Notes under the pieces: model-generated
The model's database searches: none
Told to the model about the DNA's origin: nothing
The model's input: the letters and a program-made list of their open reading frames with translations, nothing else
Program-made: the position numbers and the translations under genes
Shown here: piece after piece, positions 10,284 through 19,485 of the stretch
Position numbering within the stretch: the first letter of the stretch is position 1
Layout: every line of letters begins with the position of its first letter
From: Bacillota bacterium
Lineage (GTDB): Bacteria; Bacillota; Dethiobacteria; DTU022
Reading direction: 5' to 3'
Length of the DNA stretch: 39,808 nt
NCBI GenBank assembly: GCA_033809435.1
Contig: JAPXLS010000002.1
Coordinates: forward strand, 1 to 39,808

Positions 10284-10314
10284 TAAAAAAGGGCTGCTCC
10301 AGGGCAGCCCTTTC
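10284..10314 (-). terminator. Rho-independent terminator downstream of the M23/G5 peptidase gene
   Basis: On the minus strand the sequence reads AAAGGGCTGC-cctgga-GCAGCCCTTT followed by TTTAT: a 10-bp stem (10288-10297 / 10304-10313), a 6-nt loop and a U-tract. It lies 20 nt after the stop at 10335. Confidence 0.75.
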
Positions 10315-10334
10315 ACGAAACCGGCTCGATAAAG

Positions 10335-11729
10335 TTAGGGGTTAAAGAAATTCAGGGGGTTAAGAGGCGGATTTTTGTACCAGCCGCCCCAGACACCCGA
10401 ACCGTCGCTGCGGCGGACCTCGAAATGAAGGTGAATGCCGGTCCGGCCATAGGTGCGACCCGTATTCCCCATCAGGGCAATGGTCTGCCCCCGGGAGACA
10501 CTGTCCCCCGAAGAAACATAGTTTGCACTGTTATGCGCATAGACAGTGTAATAACTGCCGTGATAGAGAACGATATAGTTGCCCAGGCTCCCCCTGGATC
10601 CTGCTTCAATCACGACCCCGCTGTCGGCAGCCAGAATGGAAGAACGGTAGCCCAGTGCGGTTATATCGATTGCCCTATGGTATCCGCTGTAGTACTGACT
10701 GATAACCCCGCCTCCCGCCACCGGCCAGACAAAGGTCCCCGTTCCAATGGAGGGCGCCTTGGCAGTCCCCTTTTCCACAAGCCTGGTAACCGGTTCTTGC
10801 AGAACTGTCTGTTCGACAATCTGTCTGTTGATTTCCTTGCCGTTTTCGCGGGTAACATGGTAGGTAACCGCTTTTTCCCCATCTTCCCCTGGGATCAGCA
10901 CATTGCTCTGCGCATGCCACATCTTGTCATTGTAAGTATAGCTGGTCGCGAAGGGTATTTTCTCTACCGTTTTGACCTCTTCAACAGTTTGCACATGGAC
11001 CAAGGGTAAACCCGTTCCCGAAATCCCGTCCTCGCGCACTGGCTCACCATACCGGCTCTCCAGTAGTCTTCCAGCCTCATTGTCACCGGTACAGCTGAGC
11101 AGAAGTTCAGCCGCCTTCTCCGGATCACAAACCTCCTCCGGGGAGATGGTGCAGGGTACGCAGGCAACTTCCTCGACAAGGTTCGTCTCGAGCAGCCTGA
11201 CATTTTCCGCCTGGCTGGTATAAGAGTTGCTCAACAGGTCGATAACCGTGTCGACATCCTCTTCCGATGTCAAAGGAACCGCCGGCATTTGGTCCACGGT
11301 GAGCATCACCGCTTCGGTGATCAGCGTAATTTGCTGCTTCAGCGCTTCTTTGACGGCACAGGCATCTTCTTCGCCGCCGGAGCGGTACTCCCGGTTGTAT
11401 GCAATTTCCTGTTCCGGTTCTACGGCCATCCCGTAGAAAGTGCTGCAGCATTCATTCAGCTCGTCCAGAAATATCTCGATTTCCCCGGCGTCCTTCACCA
11501 TGCCCAATTCGCGCCCTCCCAGGCTGACCACATAGAAATACTGTGAATAATAATGGTGCAGCCCCAGAAGCGAACCCGCCAGTATGGTCACCGATGCCAG
11601 GTAAAGCGCCCAGTGCAAGGTTTTCCCCTTTAGCCACAACTGCAGCTTCCTTAATTCGCTGTAGCGATAGGCGCGCCGCAGTTTGTCCCTCAGCGTCCCC
11701 GGTCTTTGCCGGACATTCCTGGATCTCAT
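10335..11729 (-). CDS. M23 family peptidoglycan metalloendopeptidase with N-terminal TM segment and G5-like domain
   Basis: LytM/M23 motifs GYHRAIDI and GIHLHFEV. G5-like stretch is VTYHVTRENGKEINRQIVEQTVLQEPVTRLVEKGT and the TM helix is LHWALYLASVTILAGSLLGL. The ATG at 11729 follows AAAGGAGG plus 6 nt, and the listed TTG at 11750 lies within that leader. Confidence 0.85.
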   Translation of the reverse strand: MRSRNVRQRPGTLRDKLRRAYRYSELRKLQLWLKGKTLHWALYLASVTILAGSLLGLHHYYSQYFYVVSLGGRELGMVKDAGEIEIFLDELNECCSTFYGMAVEPEQEIAYNREYRSGGEEDACAVKEALKQQITLITEAVMLTVDQMPAVPLTSEEDVDTVIDLLSNSYTSQAENVRLLETNLVEEVACVPCTISPEEVCDPEKAAELLLSCTGDNEAGRLLESRYGEPVREDGISGTGLPLVHVQTVEEVKTVEKIPFATSYTYNDKMWHAQSNVLIPGEDGEKAVTYHVTRENGKEINRQIVEQTVLQEPVTRLVEKGTAKAPSIGTGTFVWPVAGGGVISQYYSGYHRAIDITALGYRSSILAADSGVVIEAGSRGSLGNYIVLYHGSYYTVYAHNSANYVSSGDSVSRGQTIALMGNTGRTYGRTGIHLHFEVRRSDGSGVWGGWYKNPPLNPLNFFNP

Positions 11730-11862
11730 AAAAAACCTCCTTTGGGGCAAATCAGGATACTGTTTAGGCGGAAAGACTTGTTAAGTTAATCGCCTGTATC
11801 CTTAACAATTATTAAGATGACTTAATTATTTCGCCATTAACTTAAAAACTCCTGCCCCAAAG

Positions 11863-11894
11863 AAAATAATTCCGTCTTCTCCGGAATTATTTTT
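11863..11894 (-). terminator. AT-rich hairpin/terminator after the FAD-oxidoreductase gene (bidirectional-looking)
   Basis: AAAATAATTCCG (11863-11874) pairs with CGGAATTATTTT (11882-11893) around a 7-nt loop. A/T tracts lie on both sides. It sits 50 nt downstream of the stop at 11944. Confidence 0.5.
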
Positions 11895-11943
11895 GGCAAA
11901 GGCGCTGCGCCCTGGAAACCTATATTTCCCATTAGTCCATATT

Positions 11944-13350
11944 TTATACGATACCCGCCCCCTCCAGGCGGCGTCCTATCTCCCTGGCGGCAAGCGTGCC
12001 CGAGGCCGAGGCCTGGACCAGGCCCCTGGTCACGCCGGCCCCGTCTCCAACTGCAAAAAGATTCGTCAACTCCGTTTCCAGGTTGGCGGTTAAACGAAGC
12101 TGAAAGGAGTAAAATTTCACCTCCACTCCGTAAAGCAGCGTATGCGGTGAATTCACTCCGGGAGCAAGTTTATCAAGCGCCTCCAACATCTCCATGATGG
12201 AAAGAAGGTGGCGGTACGGAAGAACCAGGCTCAGGTCTCCCGGCGTTGCCTCCGCCAGGGTGGGCCGGACCAGGCCGCGTCGGATCCGCTCTGCCGTGGA
12301 TCGGCGGCCCATCTGGAGATCGCCCAGGCGCTGAACGATAACCCCGTCACCCAGCATATTGGCCAGGCTTGCAATATATTTACCGTAACGGATGGGCTCA
12401 TCAAAGGGTTCGGTAAAGGTTTTGCTCACCAGCAGGGCAAAATTGGTGTTGGCGCTTCTTTTCTCCTCGTAACTGTGCCCGTTAACCGTCACCAGACCTC
12501 CGTTGTTCTCGGTAACCACCACACCGTACGGATTCATGCAGAAAGTGCGCACCCGATCATCAAAGGAGCGTGAAAAATAGATGAGTTTTGATTCGTAGAC
12601 CTTGCCGGTGAGATGCTCCATCAACACTGCCGGCACCTCTATGCGCAGCCCGATATCCACAGGATTGTTCACCCCCTGCAGCCCGAGCCGTAAAGCTTCA
12701 CCATGCATCCATTCCGCCCCGGCCCTTCCCGGGCCGGCAATGACATAATCCGCCCTTATCAGTTCCCCCGAAGCCAGCTCCACGCCGGCGGCCTTACCGC
12801 TATCAACAGCAATGGCCGCCACCTCCGTTCCGGTGGCAATATCGATGCGTTTCTCCAGCCGCCGGTACAGCTCCTCCAGAACCAGGTAGCAATTTTCCGT
12901 ACCCAGATGCCTGATTTTAGCCGGTATAAGGTTCAAACCCGCTGCAGCTGCATCCCGCTGCAGCTCGTTTATAATGGCCCTGTCGGTTCCGAAAAGAACA
13001 TCTTTGGCGCCGGCAGAGAGATAGATCTGATCCACGTAGTTGATCAGCCGCTCCAGCGAGGACGGATCAAGGTACTCATTTAACAGCCCCCCAAATTCCG
13101 TGGAAAGAGTCAGCTTGCCGTCGCTGAAGGCACCTGCGCCGCCCCAACCGCAGGTAATGGCACAGGGGTCACAGCGCAGGCAGCGGCCATATTCCCCCAG
13201 GGTGGCGCATTTTCGCTTCTCCAGGGCCGCCCCCTTATCCAGCAGCAATATGCGGGGCTCCCCCTGGCGGCAGAGTTCCAGCGCCGCAAAAATACCCGCC
13301 GGACCGGCGCCGATAATAACCACATCATACCTTGTCTGAATCGCCTTCAT
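11944..13350 (-). CDS. FAD-dependent oxidoreductase (COG2509-like uncharacterised dehydrogenase)
   Basis: N-terminal Rossmann motif YDVVIIGAGPAGIFAALEL and C-terminal FAVGDGAG. The ATG lies 3 nt after the dnaB TAA (TAAGGGATG). Confidence 0.65.
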   Translation of the reverse strand: MKAIQTRYDVVIIGAGPAGIFAALELCRQGEPRILLLDKGAALEKRKCATLGEYGRCLRCDPCAITCGWGGAGAFSDGKLTLSTEFGGLLNEYLDPSSLERLINYVDQIYLSAGAKDVLFGTDRAIINELQRDAAAAGLNLIPAKIRHLGTENCYLVLEELYRRLEKRIDIATGTEVAAIAVDSGKAAGVELASGELIRADYVIAGPGRAGAEWMHGEALRLGLQGVNNPVDIGLRIEVPAVLMEHLTGKVYESKLIYFSRSFDDRVRTFCMNPYGVVVTENNGGLVTVNGHSYEEKRSANTNFALLVSKTFTEPFDEPIRYGKYIASLANMLGDGVIVQRLGDLQMGRRSTAERIRRGLVRPTLAEATPGDLSLVLPYRHLLSIMEMLEALDKLAPGVNSPHTLLYGVEVKFYSFQLRLTANLETELTNLFAVGDGAGVTRGLVQASASGTLAAREIGRRLEGAGIV

Positions 13351-13353
13351 CCC

Positions 13354-14709
13354 TTACGAACCCGGGGCGGATTGAATTTCCGAAGCCCGGGCAATATTGG
13401 CAAACCGGTTGAAACGATCGAGAAAATAGAGCTCTATTGTACCAATGGGACCGTTCCGCTGCTTGGCCACAATGATTTCCGATGTATTCCCCTTATCCGT
13501 ATCCTTGTTATAATAGGATTCCCGGTAAATAAAGAGAACCATATCGGCATTCGCTTCTATGCCTCCGGATTCCATGAGGTCGCTCAATATGGGGCGGCGG
13601 TTTTCCCTCTTCTCAACGGCGCGGCTTAGTTGGGACAGGGCCACTACCGGAATGGAAAGCTCCTTGGCCAGCGCTTTTAGCGAACGCGATATCTCCGAAA
13701 GCTCCTGCTGCCGGTTCTCCGCCCGGCTAAAACCGCGCATCAACTGCAGGTAGTCAACAAAAACTGCCTCCAGCCCCCGCTCCGCTTTCAGCCGGCGGGC
13801 CTTTGCCCGCACCTCCATTACCGAGAGCGATGCGGAGTCGTCTATGTAAAGCGGAGATTCGCTCAGGGGACCTACAGCCCGGGTCAGTTTCTGCCATTCT
13901 TCCTGAGAAAGAAACCCACGGCGCAGTTTATGCGAGTCTATCCTGGCTTCGGCGCAGAGCATTCGCTGAGCCAGCTGCTCCCTCGACATCTCCAGGCTGA
14001 AAAAAGCAACAGGTTTTTTCTCCTTGACGGCGACATGGTGAGCCATGTTCAGAGCAAGGGTTGTCTTTCCCATGCTCGGCCGGGCGGCTACAATGATCAG
14101 ATCAGAGGGCTGCAGGCCCGAAGTGATCATGTTTAAATCCTCAAAACCGGTGGAAAGGCCGGTAACCCCTTTTTTATCGTCAAAAAGCCGCTCGATGCGA
14201 TCGAACGTCTCCTTGAGAACCTCTTTCAGGGGAACAAATCCTTGCTGTTTCCCCTGTTTGCCGATTTCGAAAATCTGCTGCTCTGCGGCATCCAGAAACT
14301 CCTCCACATCGGGCGGCCCTTCATAACAGCCTGCGACAATTTGCGTGCCCGTACGGATAAGAGAACGCAGGATCGACTTTTCCCTGACAATGAGAGCATA
14401 ATACTGCACGTTTGCCGCCGTGGGCACTGCGCCGGCCAGGGCACTCAGATAAGCTGTACCCCCCGCCTCCTCCAGAGAACGGCGCCGCTGCAGTTCATCA
14501 GCAAGGGTAACCAGATCCACCGGTTCACCCTTTTCGCTCAGGGAGATAACCGCTTCAAAAATTTTTTGGTGGGCGGTCCGGTAAAAATCGGTTTCCCGGA
14601 GCAACTCCGCAGCGGCAAAAATGGCTTCCCTCTCGATAATCATGGATCCAAGAACGGATTGCTCCGCCTCCATGCTTTGTGGAGGAACCTTGTCAACAGC
14701 GAGAACCAT
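13354..14709 (-). CDS. dnaB: Replicative DNA helicase (DnaB family; DnaC in B. subtilis nomenclature)
   Basis: PPQSMEAEQSVLGSMI N-terminal motif, Walker A ARPSMGKTTLALN, and 451 aa with no intein. AAAGGAGGG lies 8 nt before the ATG. Confidence 0.95.
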   Translation of the reverse strand: MVLAVDKVPPQSMEAEQSVLGSMIIEREAIFAAAELLRETDFYRTAHQKIFEAVISLSEKGEPVDLVTLADELQRRRSLEEAGGTAYLSALAGAVPTAANVQYYALIVREKSILRSLIRTGTQIVAGCYEGPPDVEEFLDAAEQQIFEIGKQGKQQGFVPLKEVLKETFDRIERLFDDKKGVTGLSTGFEDLNMITSGLQPSDLIIVAARPSMGKTTLALNMAHHVAVKEKKPVAFFSLEMSREQLAQRMLCAEARIDSHKLRRGFLSQEEWQKLTRAVGPLSESPLYIDDSASLSVMEVRAKARRLKAERGLEAVFVDYLQLMRGFSRAENRQQELSEISRSLKALAKELSIPVVALSQLSRAVEKRENRRPILSDLMESGGIEANADMVLFIYRESYYNKDTDKGNTSEIIVAKQRNGPIGTIELYFLDRFNRFANIARASEIQSAPGS

Positions 14710-14712
14710 TGC

Positions 14713-16623
14713 TCAACCCTCCTTTATCCGCAGCATTTTAACCCTGCTTGAGGAAAAGAAATGAGGGAGCAGGGTTCCGATATTACCGGCAGCCGCAATC
14801 TCCATCTCCGGAAAACGATTGCTGAGTTCGCTTTCATTCTCAAGCGGCACTACCACTTTTTGCAATCCGGCCAGGCGGGCGCCATAAATCTTTTCAATGA
14901 TCCCACCAACGGGCTTGAGCCGCCCCCTGAGGGATATTTCCCCCGTTACTGCACAATCCTGACGCAGGGGCAGTTCATTTACTGCACTGAGGATGGCCAG
15001 AAAGACAGCCGCTCCTGCGGAAGGACCGTCAATTTTACCTCCGCCGATAACATTAAGGTGCAGATCATAACCCCTCAGATCCACCCCCAGCAAATTGCGC
15101 AGCAGCGACGCTGCAACAAATACAGAATCACGGGTCATCGAACCCGCAGTTTCGTTGAACCGGAGGCTGCCCCTGCCTTTTTCAGCAGCGGGAAAGGCCA
15201 GCGCCTCTATTTCCAGGACCACCCCTGTAAACCCGTTCACCCCAAGAGCAAGGACCCGCCCGATCTCGGCTTTTCCCCCCACTGCAACGGGGGTCAGAGG
15301 AAAAAGGCGGTTGCTCGCTAAAACCTTTTGCATAAGATCCGCACCGATATGGCATTTTTTGCGACGGAGGCCCCCGAGCTGCCGCTCGTAAAGGGCCCGT
15401 CCATATGCATCAACAAGCAAGTTGACGGCACGCCGCCCCTCGCAGGTGTAACGGCTGATCAGACGAGCCGCATCCGGGTGAACGGACAGCTGAAGTCTTG
15501 CGGCGGAGCTCAGCACAATTTCCTCAATTTCCACCGGTGTGAGCGGTTCAAAATATATTTCGGAACAGCGCGAACGGAAAGCCGGGGAGATCGCATCGGG
15601 TGAACGGGTTGTTGCCCCAATCAATACAAAGTCAGCAGGAGCCCCCCGTTCAAAAAGCAGCCGGATATATTTCGGCACCTGAGCATCGGTGGGATCATAA
15701 TAGGCCGATTCAAAATAAACTCGCTTATCTTCCATGACCTTGAGCAGTTTGCTTTGCAAGGCAAAATCCATTTCACCGATTTCGTCAATAAAAAGAATCC
15801 CCCCATGCGCATCCGATACCAGGCCCAACTTTGGCTCAGGAACTCCGCCTTCGATGAGGTTCCGGCGCGCGCCCTGGTAGATGGGATCATGAACTGAGCC
15901 GATGAGAGGATCGGCTATTTCGCGGGGATCCCAGCGCAGGGTTGATCCGTCAACCTCGACAAAAGGGGCATCCGCTCCAAAAAGAGCACCCGCTATCTTC
16001 TGAACGCTCTGCAAGGCCAGGCGCGCAGCTGTGGTTTTCCCCACACCCGGAGGTCCGTACAGAAGAATATGAGGCGGATATGGTGAAGCCAGCTTGGATA
16101 CAAGGGCAGTGGTGGCCTCACGCTGTCCGATAATTTGACCCAATTCGGAAGGGCGAAGCACTTCCTGGGCGGAGCGGGCCAGCTGCTGCGCAAACATTTT
16201 TTCCGTCCGGGCATATTTTTTTAGGGTTTGCGGGTTTTCCACCCCGCCCCATTCCTGGAGCACCTCTCTTTTGATCTCCAAAAGATACTCCTCATGCTTT
16301 TTTTCAAGGTAATCCCTTGTTTTATGCTCCAGAGACTCCTCCAGCGAGCGACGCGCCAGCAATTCCGCCAGCGCCTCCTCCAGTTCGGTAAATACCTGTG
16401 GAAACTGCTTCACCGTGGGAACATCACTCAGCGTGGGGTTCTCAAAAACCAGTCGCTGCAACCCGAGCAGCTGACGGGCCGGTTTTTGTGAATGGATCAG
16501 CGAAAGAGCCTCCAGCTTGCCCGCCTTTAAAACCAATTTTTCTGTTCCGTAAATTCCCTTGACCAGATCGAGCAGTGCGCTGAGGCGTCTTTGATGTTGG
16601 GTCATTTGCTGCTCCGAGGTCAT
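14713..16623 (-). CDS. lonC: Lon-family ATP-dependent protease, LonC-like
   Basis: AAA+ Walker A YGPPGVGKTT and Walker B ILFIDEIGE. The Lon protease domain has an intact catalytic Ser (DGPSAGAAVF) and a Lys region (LKPVGGIIEKIYGA). The position between rplI and dnaB is typical for LonC in spore-forming Clostridia (from memory). Confidence 0.75.
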   Translation of the reverse strand: MTSEQQMTQHQRRLSALLDLVKGIYGTEKLVLKAGKLEALSLIHSQKPARQLLGLQRLVFENPTLSDVPTVKQFPQVFTELEEALAELLARRSLEESLEHKTRDYLEKKHEEYLLEIKREVLQEWGGVENPQTLKKYARTEKMFAQQLARSAQEVLRPSELGQIIGQREATTALVSKLASPYPPHILLYGPPGVGKTTAARLALQSVQKIAGALFGADAPFVEVDGSTLRWDPREIADPLIGSVHDPIYQGARRNLIEGGVPEPKLGLVSDAHGGILFIDEIGEMDFALQSKLLKVMEDKRVYFESAYYDPTDAQVPKYIRLLFERGAPADFVLIGATTRSPDAISPAFRSRCSEIYFEPLTPVEIEEIVLSSAARLQLSVHPDAARLISRYTCEGRRAVNLLVDAYGRALYERQLGGLRRKKCHIGADLMQKVLASNRLFPLTPVAVGGKAEIGRVLALGVNGFTGVVLEIEALAFPAAEKGRGSLRFNETAGSMTRDSVFVAASLLRNLLGVDLRGYDLHLNVIGGGKIDGPSAGAAVFLAILSAVNELPLRQDCAVTGEISLRGRLKPVGGIIEKIYGARLAGLQKVVVPLENESELSNRFPEMEIAAAGNIGTLLPHFFSSSRVKMLRIKEG

Positions 16624-16633
16624 CTTTTCCCTC

Positions 16634-17080
16634 CTAATTATCCTCTTCCACCACCACAGTCACCACAGCCTTGACGCCGGTATAGAGTTTTACAGTGACT
16701 CCATAACGGCCGGTAGCCTTGATCGGCTCCTCAAGAACAATTTTTTTTCTATCCACGTCAAAACCCAGCCGCTGCAGTTCACCGGCAATGTCCGCCGCGG
16801 TTACCGAACCGAAAAGGCGCCCGCCTTCGCCGGCAGCCAACCTGAAGGTGATAACCTGCTGCTCCAGAATTTCCGCCCGTTCCCTGCTCTCTTTTTCCAG
16901 GCGGCTGCTTTTCTTTTGCAGAACAAGCTCCCGATGCTGCTGTTCTCGCAGGCGGCCCTCGGTGGCCTCCTCGGCCAACCCTTTGGGAATAAGGAGATTG
17001 CGGCCGTAACCGGGGGCAACATCTTTCACCTCGCCCTTTTTCCCCAAACCGGTAACATCCTCCAGTAGAATCACCTTCAT
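16634..17080 (-). CDS. rplI: 50S ribosomal protein L9
   Basis: Canonical N-terminus [46 protein letters not shown] lies 4 nt before the ATG. Confidence 0.95.
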   Translation of the reverse strand: MKVILLEDVTGLGKKGEVKDVAPGYGRNLLIPKGLAEEATEGRLREQQHRELVLQKKSSRLEKESRERAEILEQQVITFRLAAGEGGRLFGSVTAADIAGELQRLGFDVDRKKIVLEEPIKATGRYGVTVKLYTGVKAVVTVVVEEDN

Positions 17081-17221
17081 GGAATCACTCCTTCAACAAT
17101 GTCACAACCTGCAGTAAAAGGTAAATGGCAGCGCAGCTGCCGGCCCCTCCATGCACATCGGCCGACATCAATATTTATATTTCGCGCTGCAAGCGGCCGG
17201 CTCCTGCTCTCCGGCAAAGCT

Positions 17222-17262
17222 AAAAAACGGTGCCGGCAACATAAGCCTCCAGCACCGTTTTT
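17222..17262 (-). terminator. Rho-independent terminator after rpsR
   Basis: On the minus strand the sequence reads AAAAACGGTGCUGG-loop-CCGGCACCGUUUUUU, a 14-bp stem containing one G-U pair, followed by a 6-U tract (A-run at 17222-17227 on plus). It starts 25 nt after the rpsR stop. Confidence 0.65.
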
Positions 17263-17286
17263 CCGGCAGGCCTTGTAAAAGTGCAA

Positions 17287-17517
17287 TCACTCGGAAGTAA
17301 AGGGTAGCAAGGCCATGATCCGCGCTCTTTTGATCGCCCGGGTCAGCTGCCGCTGATGTTTGGCACAGTTCCCCGAGATCCGCCGCGGCAGGATCTTGCC
17401 CCGCTCGGTAAGAAAGCGCTTCAGCTTTTCATATTGTTTGTAGTCAACATTTTCTATTTTATCCACGCAAAAACTGCAAATTTTTCTTTTGGGTCTACGG
17501 CCCTTCTCGCGCCTCAA
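17287..17517 (-). CDS. rpsR: 30S ribosomal protein S18
   Basis: [45 protein letters not shown] is canonical S18. TTG start lies 8 nt after AAGGAGG, which overlaps the ssb stop. Confidence 0.95.
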   Translation of the reverse strand: MRREKGRRPKRKICSFCVDKIENVDYKQYEKLKRFLTERGKILPRRISGNCAKHQRQLTRAIKRARIMALLPFTSE

Positions 17518-17530
17518 CTAACCAGCCTCC

Positions 17531-17920
17531 TTAAAAGGGAATGTCGTCTTCGCTGACCGTCATCTCATCACCGGGAAATGATTCGCTTTCATCGCTGCGC
17601 GGCCGCTCCAGAAACCTGACATCACGGGCCACCACTTCGGTTATCCACCGCCTGATTCCCTCTTTGTCATCATAAGAGCGAATCTGCAGGCGCCCGGTAA
17701 CCGCTGCCAGCCGCCCCTTCTGAAGATAATTTCCGCAGTTCTCGGCCAGCTTGTCCCAGGTGACAATCCTGATAAAATCAGCTTCTCTCTCCCCCTGCCT
17801 GTTGGCAAAGTGACGATCCACGGCCAGGGTAAATGTTGTCACCGCCGTGCCGTTGCCGGGGGTGTGACGGAGCTCCGGATCACGGGTCAAGCGACCGATC
17901 AGCACAACCAGGTTTAGCAT
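17531..17920 (-). CDS. ssb: Single-stranded DNA-binding protein
   Basis: OB-fold N-terminus [18 protein letters not shown] and the acidic C-terminal tip DDIPF. The ATG at 17920 lies 6 nt after AAGGCGGTG, while the listed GTG at 17929 falls inside that SD. Confidence 0.95.
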   Translation of the reverse strand: MLNLVVLIGRLTRDPELRHTPGNGTAVTTFTLAVDRHFANRQGEREADFIRIVTWDKLAENCGNYLQKGRLAAVTGRLQIRSYDDKEGIRRWITEVVARDVRFLERPRSDESESFPGDEMTVSEDDIPF

Positions 17921-17952
17921 CCCATGCACCGCCTTTTTATTATTTGAGCATA

Positions 17953-18240
17953 CTACTCGTCTTCCCGCACGATGATAAAGCGGATCACCTCGTCGCTAAC
18001 CCGGAAGAAGTGTTCCAGCTCGGGGATGATCTCATGGGATCCTGTAAAATGCATCAGATAGTAGTGCCCCTCGTTAAACTTGTCAATCTCGTAAGCAAGT
18101 TTACGTTTTCCCCAGTCATCGGTCTCGCCTGTTTCCCCTCCGAGTTTCTGTATAAGCGCCTGGAGATTGTCAACGAGCTCTGTTTCGGATTCGTTTTCGA
18201 GTTCGGGCTGAAGAATAAACATGGTTTCGTACACGGCCAA
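17953..18240 (-). CDS. rpsF: 30S ribosomal protein S6
   Basis: [14 protein letters not shown]...YLMHF is the S6 pattern. TTG start lies 6 nt after GGGAGGTGA. Confidence 0.95.
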   Translation of the reverse strand: MAVYETMFILQPELENESETELVDNLQALIQKLGGETGETDDWGKRKLAYEIDKFNEGHYYLMHFTGSHEIIPELEHFFRVSDEVIRFIIVREDE

Positions 18241-18300
18241 TACGATTCACCTCCCTCTGGACTGACGGCCCCGTGGTCTGGAGCAGGGCAATGCGCGATA

Positions 18301-18329
18301 ATCATAGCATATTTCACTATCAAGGGCAA
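18301..18329 (-). promoter_or_regulatory. Candidate sigma-A promoter of the rpsF-ssb-rpsR operon
   Basis: Minus strand reads TTGCCC (18329-18324), a 17-nt spacer, then TATGAT (18306-18301). That leaves a 5' UTR of about 55 nt before the rpsF SD. Confidence 0.5.
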
Positions 18330-18389
18330 GCACGGCACATGGTCGGTTCGGTTCGTTCCGGAGGTCCGGAAGTCCGGGGGCGGAGGCGC

Positions 18390-19466
18390 TCAAGCCCGGA
18401 AATGGAAGTAGAGCACATCACCATCAGCCAGCGAATAATCGCGTCCCTCCGTGCGCAAGGCTCCCTGTTCACGTGCCGCGGAGATGCCGCCCAATTCGGC
18501 GAGGCGGTCCCAGGGGATCACCCCGGCTTTTATAAAACCCTTTCCCATATCCGTATGCACTTTAAAAGCCGCTTCAAGGGCCGTTGAACCGCGGGGCAGA
18601 AGCCAGGCGCGGGATTCCTCGCCCTTCACCGTATAAAAAGTGATGAGGTCAAGAAGGAGGCGGCATTCATCCAACAGCCCTTGCACCTGCGATTCTTTAA
18701 GGCCGTATTCGGCCAGAAACAGCTTCTTGTCATCATCGGGCAGCTCGCCAATTTCCGCTTCCAGACGAGCGCGGATCGGGATGAACGGACTTTCTTCGAC
18801 CCGGGCCATTTCCACCAACCTCTCCGGCGGTGAAACATGGCCGTCGTTCTCCCGCTCATTAAAAACATAGATCATCTTTTTGGCAGTTAACAGAAACAGG
18901 TCATCCAAAAATACCTTTTCAGAGGTGTCTGCATCCAGCAAGCGGGCGGGCAGCCCTCTTTGCAAATGGCCCTCAAGGCGCTCCAGAAAGACCAGTTCTG
19001 CGGCTGCCTCCGGCGCACCGCTTTTCAACTGGGGACTGATTTTCTCCCTCCGCCTGGCCAGCGTCTCCAAATCGGCAAGAACCAGCTCCATATTCACCAC
19101 TGCCGCCCGGGATGCCGGATCGTCCCCTCCATCCTCAAAGGGTTCGAAACCGGCCACAACGTGGATCAGGATGTCCACATTCCGAAGCTCCCCCAGGAAA
19201 CGGTTACCCAGCCCCTCTCCCCGACTGGCCCCCTTGACCAAACCGGCAACATCGACAATGCGGATCACCGGCGGTGTCGTTTTTTTTGAAGAGCAAAGAG
19301 CCGCAAGAGTGCCGAGACGGGGATCGTGCAGGGGCACTACCGCGATGTTCGGATCAATTGTAGTAAAGGGGTAGTTGTCAATGGCCGCATCGACCATTGT
19401 AAGCGCCTTGAAAAGTGTTGATTTGCCGGCGTTGGGCAGACCCACGATCCCGCAGCTCCAGGACAC
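18390..19466 (-). CDS. ychF: Redox-regulated ATPase YchF (Obg-like)
   Basis: G1 motif GIVGLPNAGKSTLF, the YchF-type architecture and a C-terminal TGS-like end (DGDVLYFHF). GTG start follows GAGGGGG. Confidence 0.9.
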   Translation of the reverse strand: MSWSCGIVGLPNAGKSTLFKALTMVDAAIDNYPFTTIDPNIAVVPLHDPRLGTLAALCSSKKTTPPVIRIVDVAGLVKGASRGEGLGNRFLGELRNVDILIHVVAGFEPFEDGGDDPASRAAVVNMELVLADLETLARRREKISPQLKSGAPEAAAELVFLERLEGHLQRGLPARLLDADTSEKVFLDDLFLLTAKKMIYVFNERENDGHVSPPERLVEMARVEESPFIPIRARLEAEIGELPDDDKKLFLAEYGLKESQVQGLLDECRLLLDLITFYTVKGEESRAWLLPRGSTALEAAFKVHTDMGKGFIKAGVIPWDRLAELGGISAAREQGALRTEGRDYSLADGDVLYFHFRA

Positions 19467-19485
19467 CGGGACACCCCCTCACGGA

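Noticed and set aside
17077-17286. 69-aa Cys/Arg-rich ORF filling the rpsR-rplI spacer
   Set aside because: It contains the rpsR terminator hairpin inside its reading frame, lacks an SD, and overlaps the rplI start. It is more plausibly untranslated leader.
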